A DNA stretch of 64,000 bases, taken from NCBI RefSeq assembly GCF_002113885.1, contig NW_018405538.1:37362-101361 (forward strand), written 5' to 3'. Below the pieces are notes generated by a model, which did not search any database, was not told the DNA's origin, and was given only the letters and a program-made list of their open reading frames with translations. A program made the translations under genes and the position numbers. Source of the DNA: Mizuhopecten yessoensis (Eukaryota). Of the stretch, positions 1 through 13,966 are shown in pieces; positions within the stretch are counted from its first letter, which is position 1, and every line of letters begins with the position of its first letter.

Positions 1-687
1 TGTTCTGGATTGTGGTTGGTTGGTCTGGATTGTGGTTGGTTGGTCTGGATTGTGGTTGGTTGTTCTGGATTGTGGTTGGTTGGTCTGGATTGTGGTTTGT
101 TGTTCTGGATTGTGGTTGGTTGGTATTCCGTAGACTTGTACGCAAGGGTTCTGGATTGTGGTTTGTTGTTCTGGATTGTGGTTGGTTGGTATTCCGTAGA
201 CTTGTACGCAAGGGTTCTGGATTGTGGTTGGTTGGTCTGGGTTGTGGTTGGTTGGTTTGGATTGTGGTTGGTTGTTCTGGATTGTGGTTGGTTGTTCTGG
301 ATTGTGGTTGGTTGGTATTCCGTGGACTTGTACGCAAGGGTTCTGGATTGTGGTTGGTTGGTCTGGATTGTGGTTGGTTGGTTTGGATTGTGGTTGGTTG
401 TTCTGGATTGTGATTTGTTGTTCTGGATTGTTGTTGGTTGTTCTGGATTGTGGTTGGTTGTTCTGGAATGTGGTTGGTTGGTATTCCGTGGACTTGTACG
501 CAAGGGTTCTGGATTGTGGTTGGTTTGTATTTCGTGGACTTGTACGCAAGGGTTCTGGTTTGTGTTTGGTTGGTATTCCGTGGACTTGTGCGCAAGGGTT
601 CTGGATTGTGGTTGGATGGTATTCCGTGGACTTGTACGCAAGGGTTCTGGATTGTGGTTGTTGGTATTCCGTGGACTTGTACGCAAG
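1..687. repeat. GT-rich minisatellite: 20-nt unit (tgttctggattgtggttggt) mixed with a ~46-nt unit containing tggtattccgtggacttgtacgcaaggg; runs off the window start
   Basis: Units read directly; the overlapping ORFs at 10-745 are translated repeat. Confidence 0.95.
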
Positions 688-1419
688 CGTTTGTGATAGT
701 GAAATAATAAATGGATGTATATTAATTAGAGAGGAAATATGTTGATCCTTTGTGTTTGTCTTTAATTTATTTCCTTCTTTAAATATCATTTATTTTGATG
801 GACGATCATGGCCGATCTTTATGTATGCCATCATTTGTCATGCGGTAATGAAATAATATAACAGTTATTTTGATTTGATAATGCCTGCCTCGAAATCCAT
901 AGGACCTCCAACAAAGGTTCTTGCGACTTTGCTTACAATGCATCAGTGTTGTTGTATACGTAGTTATTTATGTATTGAGATATCAGATCACTGTTTACCG
1001 GGAAAATTTGCTGCAGTTTAATTTTCACAATAAGGGCAAATTCGTTGCGACAGTGAATAATAAGTACACAGTTTACCCTATATCATAATTACATGTGAAG
1101 GGCTAAATTTACACTTGGCGAACATGGATTTTACCAGTGTAGGGCAAACATTTCCCAGTTTATATTATTAATTCCTTTTGGAAGTTAATATTCACACCAT
1201 TGAATACAAAATAACTTATCACCACTCTGGTATGAACACATTCACAGATCCTGATAAAAATGTCCCTGGGAATGATCTCTAATACCACACAATCTATATA
1301 TATATCTCCTTACAAGATATAACTTTGGCAGCATGCCTCTTATTTTTTCAAGGAGATCAGCTAAAACATGCTTAATGGGTTTGTATTAGGAACAATATTG
1401 AACAAAAATTAGATTCTCA

Positions 1420-1770
1420 TGTTTGACTTTTGACCTTTGACCTTGATATGACCTTGGCAGTAGCGTCAAACAAAAATGTATAACTTTTGAAAGTATGGCC
1501 AATGCATACTCAACATACAATAACTACCATCTATTAATGGGAAGAATGACTATAACATAAGTTACACCCATTTCTGCACCCCTACCCCCAGAATCTGTAA
1601 TTCCATTCTATATAACAGTATACATAACAAAGTGGCCACCATTTTATTTGATCAATTTCTGTTTTTTCTTTTGAAAGGACAATACACAATAAAGAGTGGT
1701 TTGGGGAAAAAACGATACTTTTTCTGTTATTTGACCTTTGACCTTGATTTTACCTTTGGGTGGCGGTCAA
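1420..1770. repeat. Degenerate interspersed repeat with tgacctttgaccttga motifs
   Basis: Motif at ~1431 and ~1732; related tgaccttga/aaggtca motifs at 54875-55230; family and boundaries not resolved. Confidence 0.35.
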
Positions 1771-2319
1771 ACTGTAAACTTTATATACCAAAATTTTAAG
1801 TGATGCATACATGATCTATATATACCATCTAAGTATGCATGTGATGATGATGAGAAATGATATAGCACTTTCTGGACCCCTACCCCCCTTTATTCAAAAT
1901 CACATTTTTTTTTGCCAAGGTAAGGTTATATATGACCCCACAAAAATCCCCAGTGGATTTCCCAGAGGGGTGGCCAGCTGAAATATGTTCTAGAAGGTCC
2001 ATACTTATGAAAAAATGAGGCCACCCTTTGACAGCAGGGGGGTGCTCACTTAACCCCTCTGGCCCCGGGGCCCCAGGGGCTAAGGGCCCTTTTTGAAGGT
2101 AAGTGAACACCCCCTTGCTCTATACAGCTTACTTCAACTCAAATTGAAGCTTAAGGTTACAAAAACAAACTAAATCGCCGTGGCTTGTCTATACTATTAT
2201 CTCACGATATTAAGAACATAGGTTTATTGCATCAGCTGTACCATACACATACTGTAGGTTAGTATGATGTAGTGTTACTTGTTTTAAAGACATACCCATT
2301 TCGAGTTTTTTTTCTTCAG

Positions 2320-2394
2320 ATTTAATCAAGATAAAGACTGTTTATTGCGGCATATTTTGTATAATCATCATGACTGGAGCCACCCCTAGTCACG
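2320..2394 (+). CDS. IFI27: Upstream exon of ISG12/IFI27-like gene (LIKIKTVYCGIFCIIIMTGATPSH); start either at ATG 2370 or in an unseen upstream exon
   Basis: Acceptor ttttttttcttcag (AG 2318-2319) and donor CACG|gtgagt (GT 2395); frame open; phase-1 end joins 13967 in frame (G+CT = Ala). Confidence 0.75.
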
Positions 2395-5300
2395 GTGAGT
2401 ATGCTAAGTGTCACCCTTAGTCACGGTGAGTGTGATAAGTGTCACCCTTAGTCACGGTGAGTGTGATAAGTGTCACCCCTAGTCACGGTGAGTGTGATAA
2501 GTGTCATCCCTAGTCACGATGAGTATAATAAACGAGTGAGTGTGGTAAGTGTCACCCTAGTCATGGTGAGTGTGACAAGTGTCACCCGTGTCATGGTTAG
2601 TTATAGTCAAGGTGAGGATGATAAATCACCCCTAGTCAAGGTGAGTATGATAAATGTCACCCCTAGTCACGGTGAGTGTGATAAGTGTCATCCTAGTAAC
2701 GGTGAGTGTGATAAATGTCATTCCTAGTCACGGGAAGTGTGATATGGTTCAACCCTAGTCATGGTTAGTTAGTGTAATAAGTGTCACCCCTAATAATGGT
2801 GAGTGTGATATGGGTCAACCCTAGTCATGGTTAGTTAGTGTGATAAATGTCACCCCTAGTCATGATTAGTTAGTGTGATAAATGTCACCCATAGTCATGG
2901 TTAGTTAGTGTGATATGTGTCACCCCTAGTAACGGTGAGTGTGATATGGGTCACCCCTAGTCACGGTGAGTGTGATATGGGTCAACCCTTGTCATGTTGA
3001 GTGTGATATGGGTCACCCCTAGTCATGGTGAGTGTGATATGGGTCAACCCTTGTCATGGTTAGTTAGTGTGATAAGTGTCACCCCTAGTAACGGTGAGTG
3101 TGATATGGGTCACCCATTGTCATGTTGAGTGTGATATGGGTCACCCCTAGTCATGGTGAGTGTGATATGGGTCAACCCTAGTCATGATTAGTTAGTGTGA
3201 TAAGTGTCACCCCTAGTCACGGTGAGTGTGATAAGTGTCACCCCTAGTCATGTTGAGTGTGATATGGGTCACCCCTGGTCATGGTGAGTGTGATATGGGT
3301 CAACCCTTGTCATGGTGAGTGTGATATGGGTCAACCCTTGTCATGGTTAGTTAGTGTGATAAGTGTCACCCCTAGTCATGGTGAGTGTGATTAGAGTCAC
3401 CCCTAGTCACGGTGAGTGTGATATGGGTCAACCCTTGTCATGGTTAGTTAGTGTGATAAATGTAATCCCTAGTCATGGTTAGTTAGTGTGATAAGTGTCA
3501 CCCCTAGTCATGGTGAGTGTGATTAGAGTCAACCCTAGTCACGGTGAGTGTGTTATGGGTCAACCCTTATCATGGTGAGTGTGATAAGTGTCATTATAGT
3601 CACGGTGAGTGTGATATGGGTCAACCCTAGTCATGGTTAGTAAGTGTGATAACCGTCACTCCTAGTCATGGTGAGTGTGTTTAGAGTCACCCCGAGTTAT
3701 GATGATTGAGATATGTGTCACCCCCTAGTCACGGTGAGTGTGATAAGTTTCACCCCTAGTCATGGTGAATGTGATAAGTGTCACCACTAGTTATGATCAG
3801 TGAGATATGTGTCACCCCTAGTCACGGTTAGTGAGATAAGTGTCAACCCTAATCACGGTGTGTGTGATAGGTGTCACCCCTAGTCACGGTGAGTGTAATA
3901 AGTGTCACCCCTAGTCATGGGTAGTGTGGTAAATGTTACCCTTAGTCAGGCTGAGTGTAATATGTGTACCCTTAGTCCTGGTTAGTTAAAGTGATAAGTA
4001 TCACTACTAAGCACGATGAGTGTGATAAATGCCATCCCTAATCACGGTGATTGTGTAAAGTGTCACCCCTAGTCATGGTGAGTGTGATAAGTGTCACCCC
4101 TTGTCACAGTGAGTGAGATAAATTACTCACCTAATAATGGTGATTTTGATAAATGTCACTATAGTCACGGTGAATGTGATAGGTGTCACCCCTAGTCATT
4201 GTGAGTGTGATAGGTGTCACCCATAGTCACGACGAGTGTCATATGTGTACCCCGTAGTCCTGGTGAGTGTGATAAGTGTCACCCCTCGTCACAGTGTGTG
4301 TGATATGGGTCAACTCTAGTCACGGTGAGTGTTATAAGTGTTACCCCTAGTCATGATGAGTGTGATGAGTGTCACCCATAGTCATGGTGTGTGTGATAAG
4401 TGTCACCCCTAGTCATGGTTAGTTAGTGTGATAAGTGATACCCCTAGTCACGGTGAGTGTTATAAGTGTCACCCCTAGTCACGGTGTGTGTGATAAGTGT
4501 CACCCCTTGTCACAGAGTGTGTGATAAGTGTCACCCCTAGTACCGGTGAGTGTTATAAATGTCACCCCTAGTCATGATGAGTGTGATGAGTGTCACCCCT
4601 AGTCATGGTGTGTGTGATAAGTGTCACCCCTAGTCGTGATGTGTGTGATAGGTGTCACCCCTAGTCATGATGTGTGTGATATGGGTCACCCCTATTCATG
4701 GTTAGTTAGTGGGATAAGTTTCACCCCTTGTCACAGTGAGTGTGATATTGGTCAACCCTAGTCACGGAGAGTGTTATAAGTGTTACCCCTAGTCACGGTA
4801 TGTGTGATAAGTGTCACCCCTTGTCACAGTGTGTGCGATAAGTGTCACCCCTAGTACCGGTGAGTGTTATAAGTGTCACCCCTAGTCATGATGAGTGTGA
4901 TAAGTGTCACCCCTAGTCACGGTAAGTGTGATAAACTGTAAGTGCCACCCCCTAGTCACGGTGAGTGTGATAAGTTTCACCCCTTGTCACAGTGAGTGTG
5001 ATATTGGTCAACCCTAGTCACGGTGAGTGTTATAAGTGTTACCCCTAGTCACGGTGAGTGTGATAAGTGTCACCACTAGTTATGATCAGTGAGATAAGTG
5101 TCACCCCTAGTCACGGTTAGTGAGATGAGTGGCAACACTAATCACGGTGTGTGTAATAAATGTCACCCCTAGTCATGGTTAGTGTGATAAATGTTACCCT
5201 GAGTCAGGTTGAGGGTAATATGTGTCCCCTTAGTCCTGGTTAGTTAAAGTGATAAGTATCACTACTAGTCACGATGAGTGTGATAAATGTCACCCCTAGT

Positions 5301-8300
5301 CACGATGAGTGTGATAAATGCCATTCCTAATCACGGTGATTGTGTAAAGTGTCACCCCTAGTCATGGTGGGTGTGATAAGTGTCACCCCTTGTCACAGTG
5401 AGTGAGATAAGTTACTCACCTAATAATGTTGATTTTGATAAATATCACTCTAGTCACGGTAAATGTGATAGGTGTCACCCCTAGTCATTGTGAGTGTGAT
5501 ACGTGTCACTCCTATTCATTGTGAGTGTGATAGGTGTCACCCATAGTCACGATGAGAGTCATATGTGTTCCCCGTAGTCATGGTTAGTTAGTGTGATAAG
5601 TGTCACCCCTAGTAACGGTGAGTGTAATAAGTGTCACCCCTTGTCACAGTGAGGGTGATATTGGTCAAACCTAGTCACGGTGAGTGTGATATGGGTCACC
5701 CCTAGTCATGGTGAGTGTGATATGGGTTAACTCTAGTCACGGTGAGTGTGATAAGGGTCACCCATTGTCACAGTGAGTGTGATATTGGTCAAACCTAGTC
5801 ACGGTGAGTGTGATATGGGTCACCCCTAGTCATGGTGAGTGTGATATGGGTCAACCTTTGTCATGGTTAGCTAGTGTGATAAGTGCCACCCCTAATCATG
5901 GTGAGTATGATAAATGACCCATACTCATGGTGAGTGTGATAAGTTTCATCCCTTGTCACGGTGAGTGTGATATGGGTCAACCCTAGTCATGGTTAGTTAG
6001 TGTGATAAGTGTCACCCCTAGTCATGGTGAGTGTGATATGGGTTAACTCTAGTCACGGTGAGTGTGATAAGGGTCACCCATTGTCACAGTGAGTGTGATA
6101 TTGGTCAAACCTAGTCATGGTTAGTAAGTATGATAAGTGTCACCCCTAGTCATGGTGAGTGTGATAAGTGTCACTGCTAGTCACGTTGATTGTGATAAAT
6201 CTCACCACTAGTCCCGGTGAGTGTGATAAATGTCATCCCTAGTTATGATGAGCGATATATGAATCACCCCTAGTCATGGTGAGTGTGATAAGTGTCACTG
6301 CTAGTCACGTTGATTGTGATAAATATCACCACTAGTCACGGTGAGTGTGATAAATGTCATCCCTAGTTATGATGAGCGATATATGAATCACCCCTAGTCA
6401 CGGTGAGTGTGATAAGTGTCACCCCTAGTCACGGTGAGTGTGATAAGGGTCACCCATTGTCACAGTGAGTGTGATATTGGTCAAACCTAGTCATGGTTAG
6501 TAAGTATGATAAGTGTCACCCCTAGTCATGGTGAGTGTGATAAGTGTCACTGCTAGTCACGTTGATTGTGATAAATTTCACCCCTAGTCACGGTGAGTGT
6601 GATATGGGTCAACCCTAGTCATGGTTAGTTAGTGTGATAAGGGTCACCCATAGCCTTGGTTAGTTAGTGTGATAAGTGTCATCCCCCTATTCATGGTTAG
6701 TTAGTGTGATAAGTGTCACCCCTAGTCACGGTTAGTGTGATAAACTGTAAATGCCACCCCTAGTCACGGTGAGTGTGATAAGTGTCACCCCTAGTCACGG
6801 TTAGTGTGATATGGGTTAACTCTAGTCACGGTGAGTGTGATAAGTTTCACCCCTTGTCACAGTGAGTGTGATATTGGTCAACCCTAGGCATGGTTAGTTA
6901 GTGAGATAAGTGTCACCCCTAATTATGATGAGTGTGATATGAATCACCTCTAGTCACGGTGAGTGTGATAAGTTTCACCCCTTGTCACAGTGAGTGTGAT
7001 ATTGGTCAAACCTAGGCATGGTTAGTTAGTGTGATAAGGGTCACCCCTAGTCATGGTTAGTTAGGGGGATAAGTGTCACCCCTAGTCATGGTGAGTGTGA
7101 TTAGTGTCACCCCTTGTCACAGTGAGTGTGATATTGGTCAAACCTAGGCATGGTTAGTTAGTGTGATAAGGGTCACCCATAGCCTTGGTTAGTTATTGTG
7201 ATAAGTGTCATCCCCCTATTCATGGTTAGTTAGTGTGATAAGTGTCATCCCCCTATTCATGGTTAGTTAGTGTGATAAGTGTCACCCCTAATTATGATGA
7301 GTGTGATATGAATCACCCCTAGTCACGGTGAGTGTGATACATCACCCCTCGTCATTGTGAGTGTGATAAGTGTCACCCCTTCTCATGGTTAGCTAGTGTG
7401 ATAAGTGCCACCCCTAATCATGGTGAGTATGATAAATGACCCCTACTCATGGTGAGTGTGATAAGTGTCATCCCTTGTCACGGTGAGTGTGATAGGGGTC
7501 AACCATAGTCTTGGGTAGTTAGTGTGATAAGTGTCACCCCTAGTCACGGTGAGTGTGATATGGGTTAACTCTAGTCACGGTGAGTGTGATAAGGGTCACC
7601 CATTGTCACAGTAAGTGTGATATTGGTCAAACCTAGTCATGGTTAGTAAGTATGATAAGTGTCACCCCGAGTCATGGTGAGTGTGATATGGGTCAACCCA
7701 AGTCATGGTTAGTTAGTGTGATAAGTGTCACCCCTAGTCATGGTGAGTGTGATAAGGGTCACTGCTAGTCACGTTGATTGTGATTAATGTCGCCCCTAGT
7801 CACGGTGAGTGTGATATGGGTCAACCCTAGTCATGGTTAGTTAGTGTCATAAGGGTCACCGATTGTCACAGTGAGTGTGATATGGGTCAACCCTTGTCAT
7901 GGTTAGTTAGTGTGATAAGTGTCACCCCTAGTCACGGTGAGTGTGATAAATGTCACCCCTAGTTATGATGAGTGATATATGAATCACCCATAGTCACGGT
8001 GAGTGTGATAAGTGTCACCCCTAGTGATGGTGAGTGTGATAAGTGTCAACCCTAGTAACTTTGAGTGTGATATGGATCAACCTTAGTCATGGTTAGTAAG
8101 TGTGATAAGTGTCACCCCTAGTCACTGTGAATGTGATAAGTGTCACCGCTAGTCACGTTGATTGTGATAAATATCACCACTAGTCACGGTGAGTGTGATA
8201 AATGTCACCCCTAGTTATGATGAGTGATATATGAATCACCCCTAGTCACGGTGAGTGTGATAAGTAGTTAGTGTGATAATTGTCACCCCTTGTCACGGTG

Positions 8301-11300
8301 TGCGTGATATTGGTCAACCCTAGGCATGGTTAGTTAGTGCGATAAGTGTCACCCATAGGCACGGTGAGTGTGATAAGGGTCACCCATAGTCACGGTGAGT
8401 GTGATACATCACCCCTCGTCATTGTGAGTGTGATAAGTGTCGCCCCTAGTCACGGTGAATGTAATATGTGTCACCCCTAGTCACTGTGGATGTGATAAGT
8501 GTCACTGCTAGTCACGTCGATTGTAATAAATGTCACCTCTAGTCACGGTGAGTTTGATATGGGTCAACCCTAGTAACGTTGACTGTGATATGGGTCAACC
8601 CTTGTCATGGTTAGTTAGGGTGATAAGTGTCACCACTAGGCACTGTGAATGTGATATTGGTCAAACCTAGTCATGGTTAGTTTGTGATAAGTGTCACCCC
8701 TAGTCACTGTGAATGTGATAAGTATCACTGCTAGTCACGTTGATTGTAATAAATGTCACCCCTAGTCACGGTGAGTGTGATATGGGTCAACCCTAGTAAC
8801 GTTGAGTGTGATATGGGTCAACCTTAGTCATGGTTAGTAAGTGTGATAAGTGTCACCCCTAGTCACTGTGAATGTGATAAGTGTCACTGCTAGCCACGTT
8901 GATTGTGATAAATGTCACCACTAGTAACGGTGAGTGTGATTAGTGTCACCCCTTGTCACAGTGAGTGTGATATTGGTCAAACCTAGGCATGGTTAGTTAG
9001 TGTGATAAGTGTCATGTGAATGTGATAAGTGTCACTGCTAGCCCCGTTGATTGTGATAAATGTCGCCACTAGTCACGGTGAGTGTAATAAGTGTCACCCC
9101 TAGTAACGTTGAGTGTGATATGGGTCAAACTTAGTCATGGTTAGTAAGTAGTCACGGTGAGTGTTATAAGTGTCACCCCTAGTCATTGTGAGTGTGATAA
9201 GTGTCAACCCTAGTCATGGCTAGTTAGTGTGATAAGTGATACCCCTAGTCACGGTGACACTTATCACACATACTAACCATGACTAAGGTTGACCCATATC
9301 ACACACACTGTGACGAGGGGTGACACTTATACACTCACCGTGACTAGTGGCGACATTTATCACAATCAGGTGATTCTTATCTCACTCATCATAATTAGGG
9401 GTGACAATTATCACACTAACTAACCATGACAAGGGTTGACCCATATCAAGCTCGCCGTGATTAGGGGTGACCCTTATCACATTCACCATGACTAGGGGCG
9501 ACACATATCACACCCAACATGACTAAAGGGTGACAATTATCACACTAACTAACCATGACAAGGGTTGACCCATATCAAACTCACCGTGACTAGGGGTGAA
9601 ACTTATCACACTAACTACTGTGACAAGGGGTGATATATCAAACTAACCGTGACTAGGGGTGATATTGGTCAAACCTAGTCATGGTTAGTAGTCATGGTGA
9701 ATGTGATAAGTGTCACCCCTAGTCACGGTGAGTGTTATAAGTGTCACCCCTCGTAATGGTGAATGTGATTATTGTCACCCCTAGTCGTGGTTAGTTAATG
9801 TGATAAGTGTCGCCACTTGTCATGATGTGTGTGATAAGTCACCCCTAGTCATGGTGAGTGTGATAAGTGTCACCCCTTATCACTGTGAATGTGATATTGG
9901 TCAACCCTAGTCCTGGTTAGTGAGTGTGATAAGTGTCCCCCCTAGTAATGGTGAGTGTGATATGTGTAAACCCTAGTCCTGGTTAGTTAGTGTGATAAGT
10001 GTCACCCCTAGTCACAGTGATTTCGATATGGGTCAACCCTAGTCACGATGAGTGTGATAACTGTCACCCCTAGCAATGGTTAGTGTTATAAATCACCCCT
10101 AGTCATTATGAGTGCGATAAGTGTCACCCCTACTCATGGTAAGTTAGTGTGATAAGTGTCACCCCTTATCATGGTGAGTATGATAAATCACCCCTAGTCA
10201 TGGTGAGTGTGATAAGTGTCACCCCTTGTCACAGTGAGTGTGATATGGGTCAACCCTAGTCATGGTTAGTTAGTGTGATAAGTGTCACTCCTAGTCACAG
10301 TGATTTTGATATGGGTCAACTCTAGTCACGGTGAGTGTGATAACTGTCACCCCTAGCCATGGTTAGTGTGATACATCACCCCTTGTCATGGTGAGTGTGA
10401 AAAGTTTCACCCCTAGTCACGGTGAGTGTGATAAGTGTCACCACTAGTTATGATCAGTGAGATAAGTGTCACCCCTAGTCACGGTTAGTGAGATGAGTGT
10501 CAACACTTATCACGGTGTGTGTAATAAGTGTCACCCCTAGTCATGGTTAGTGTGATAAATGTTACCCTGAGTCAGGTTGAGTGTAATATGTGTACCCTTA
10601 GTCCTGGTTAGTTAAAGTGATAAGTATCACTACTAGTCACGATGAGTGTGATAAATGTCACCCCTAGTCACGATGAGTGTGATAAATGCCATCCCTAATC
10701 ACGGTGATTGTGTAAAGTGTCACCCCTAGTCATGGTGAGTGTGATAAGTGTCACCCCTTGTCACAGTGAGTGAGATAAGTTACTCACCTAATAATGGTGA
10801 TTTTGATAAATATCACTCTAGTCACGGTAAATGTGATAGGTGTCACCACTAGTCATTGTGAATGTGATACGTGTCACTCCTATTCATTGTGAGTGTGATA
10901 GGTGTCACACATAGTCACGATGAGTGTCATATGTGTTCCCCCTAGTCATGGTTAGTTAGTGTGATAAGTGTCACCCCTAGTCACGGTGAGTTTGATATGG
11001 GTCAACCCTAGTCATGGTTAGTTAGTGTGATAAGTGTCACCCCTAGTCATGGTGAGTGTGATAAGTGTCACTGCTAGTCACGTTGATTGTGATTAATGTC
11101 ACCCCTAGTCACAGTGAGTTTGATATGGGTCAACCCTAGTCATGGTTAGTTAGCGTGATAAGTGTCACCCCTAATTATGATGAGTGAGATATGAATCACC
11201 CCTAGTCACGGTTAGTTTGATAAATCACCCCTCGTCATGGTGAGTGTGATAAGTGTCACCCCTTCTCATGGTTAGCTAGTGTGAGGTGAGTGTGATATGG

Positions 11301-13943
11301 GTCAACCCTAGTCATGGTTAGTTAGCGTGATAAGTGTCACCCCTAATTATGATGAGTGAGATATGAATCACCCCGAGTCACGGTTAGTTTGATAAATCAC
11401 CCCTCGTCATGGTGAGTGGGATAAGTGTCACCCCTTCTCATGGTTAGCTAGTGTGAGGTGAGTGTGATATGGGTCAACCCTAGTCATGGTTAGTTAGTGT
11501 GATAAGTGTCACCCCTTGTCACAATGAGTGTGATATGGGTCAACCCTTGTCATGGTTAGTTAGTGTGATAAGTGTCACCCATAGTAACGGTGAGTCTGAT
11601 ATGTGTCACCCCTAGTCATGGTTAGTTAGTGTGATAAGTGTCACCCCTAATAACGGTGAGTGTGATATGGGTCAACTCTAGTCACGGTGAGTGTGACAAG
11701 TGTCACTCATTGTCACAGTGAGTGTGATATTGGTCAAACCTAGTCATGGTTAGTAAGTATGATAAGTGTCACCCCTAGTCATAGTGAGTGTGATATGGGT
11801 CACCACTAGTCATGGATAGTTAGTGTGATAAATGTCACCCCTAGTCACGATGAGTGTGATATGGGTCAACCCTAGTCATGGTTAGTTAGTGTGATAAGGG
11901 TCACCCATAGCCTTGGTTAGTTAGTGTGATAATTGTCACCCCTTGTCATTGTGAGTGTGATAAGTGTCACTGCTAGACACGTTGATTGCGATAAATGTCA
12001 CCACTAATCACGGTGAGTGTGATATGGGTCAACCCTAGTCATGGTTAGTTAGTGTGATAAGTGTCAACCCTAGTTTTGAAGAGTGTCAACGCTTATCACG
12101 GTGTGTGAAATAAGTGTCACCCCTTGTCACGAGGAGTGTAATAAGTGTCACCCCTAATCATGGTGAGTGTGATAAATTTCACCCCTAGTCACGGTGAGTG
12201 TGATAAGAGTCATCCCCTCCCCCTAGTCACGGTGAGTGTGATAAGTGTCACCCCTAGTTATGGTGAGTGAGATGAGTGACTTCCCTAATAATGGTGAGTG
12301 TGACAAATGTCACTCTAGTCACGATGAATGTGATAGGTGTCATCCCTAGTCATTGTGAGTGTGATAGGTGCCACCCCTAGTCACGGTGAGTGTGATAAGT
12401 GTCATCCCTAGTCATGGTGAGTGTGATTAGTGTCACCCCTTGTCACAATGAGTGTGATATGGGTCAACCCTTGTCACAATGAGTGTGATATGGTTCAACC
12501 ATAGTCATGGTTAGTTAGTGTGATAAGTGTCACCCCTAGTTATGATGAGTGTGATATGGGTCACCCCTAGTCATGGTTAGTTAGTGTGATAAGTGTCACC
12601 CCTTGTCACAATGAGTGTGATATGGGTCACCCCTTGTCACAATGAGTGTGATATGGGTCAACCCTAGTCATGGTAAGTTAGTGTGATAAGTGTCACCCAT
12701 AGTAACGGTGAGTCTGATAAGTGTCACCCCTAGTCATGGTGAGTGGGATAAGTGTCAACCCTAGTAACTTTGAGTGTGATATGGATCAACCTTAGTCATG
12801 GTTAGTAAGTGTGATAAGTGTCACCCCTAGTCACTGTGAATGTGATAAGTGTCACTGCTAGTCACGTTGATTGTGATAAATGTCACCACTAGTCACGGTG
12901 AGATTGATATGGGTCAACCCTAGTCATGGTTTGTTAGTGTGATAAGTGTCACCCCTAGTAATGATGAGTGATATATGAATCACCCCTAGTCACGGTGAGT
13001 GTGATAAGTGTCACCCATAGTCACGGTGAGTGTGATAAGCGTCACCCCTAATTATGATGAGTGAGATATATGTCACCCCTAGTCGAGGTGAGTGTGATAA
13101 ATGTCACCCCTACATTTGATGAATGAGATATGTGTCACCCCTTGACACGTTGAGAGTGATACATTTCACCCTAATCAAGGTGAGTGTGATAAGTGTCACC
13201 CCTAGTTATGATGAGTGAGATATGTGTCACACCTAGTTACGGTTAGTGAGATAAGTGTCAACCCTTATCACGGTGTGTGAAATAAGTATCACCCCTTGTC
13301 ACGAGGAGTGTAATAAGTGTCACCCCTAATCATGGTGAGTGTGATAAATGTCACCCTTAGTCACGGTGAGTGTGATAAGAGTCCCCCCTCCCCCCCCCCC
13401 CCCCCCCCCACACTAATCATGGTGAGTGTGATAAGTGTCACCACTAGTTATGGTGAGTGAGATGAGTGACTCCCCTAATAATGGTGAGTGTGACAAATGT
13501 CACTCTTGTCACGGTGAGTGTGATAGGTGTCATCCCTAGTCATTGTGAGTGTGATAGGTGTCACCCCTAGTCACGGTGAGTTTGATAAGTGTCACCCCTA
13601 GTCATGGTGAGTGTGATAAATGTCACCCCTAGTCACGATGAGTGTAATAAGTGTCACCCCTAGTTATGGTGAGTGAGATGAGTGACTCCCCTAGTCATGG
13701 TGAGTGTGATAAGTGTCATCCCTTGTCATGGTGAGTACGATAAGTGTCACCCCTAGTCACGGTGAATGTGATAAGTGTCACCCCTAGTCATGGTGAGTGT
13801 GATAAGTGTCATCCCTTGTCACGTTGAGTGTGATAAGTGTCACCCCTAGCCACGGTGAGTGTGATAAATATCATCCCTAGTCACAGTGAGTTGGATAAAT
13901 GTCATCCTAGTAACGGTGAGTGAGATTAGTGTCACCCCTAGTT
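2381..13943. repeat. Intronic satellite A: 31-nt unit cacccctagtcacggtgagtgtgataagtgt with 35-nt ggttagttag variants; about 350 units by length/period
   Basis: Direct tandem periodicity; fills essentially the whole 2395-13966 intron; internal inverted block ~9254-9662. Confidence 0.97.
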
Positions 13944-13966
13944 ACAGCTATCTTAATCTGTTTTAG

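Noticed and set aside
10-745. Hydrophobic Trp/Val/Gly-rich ORFs resembling membrane proteins
   Set aside because: Translations of a 20/46-nt minisatellite, open in several frames
13384-13408. Poly-C tract within satellite A (G-quadruplex candidate)
   Set aside because: Homopolymer expansion of a shorter cccctccccc variant seen at ~12214; may be sequencing error
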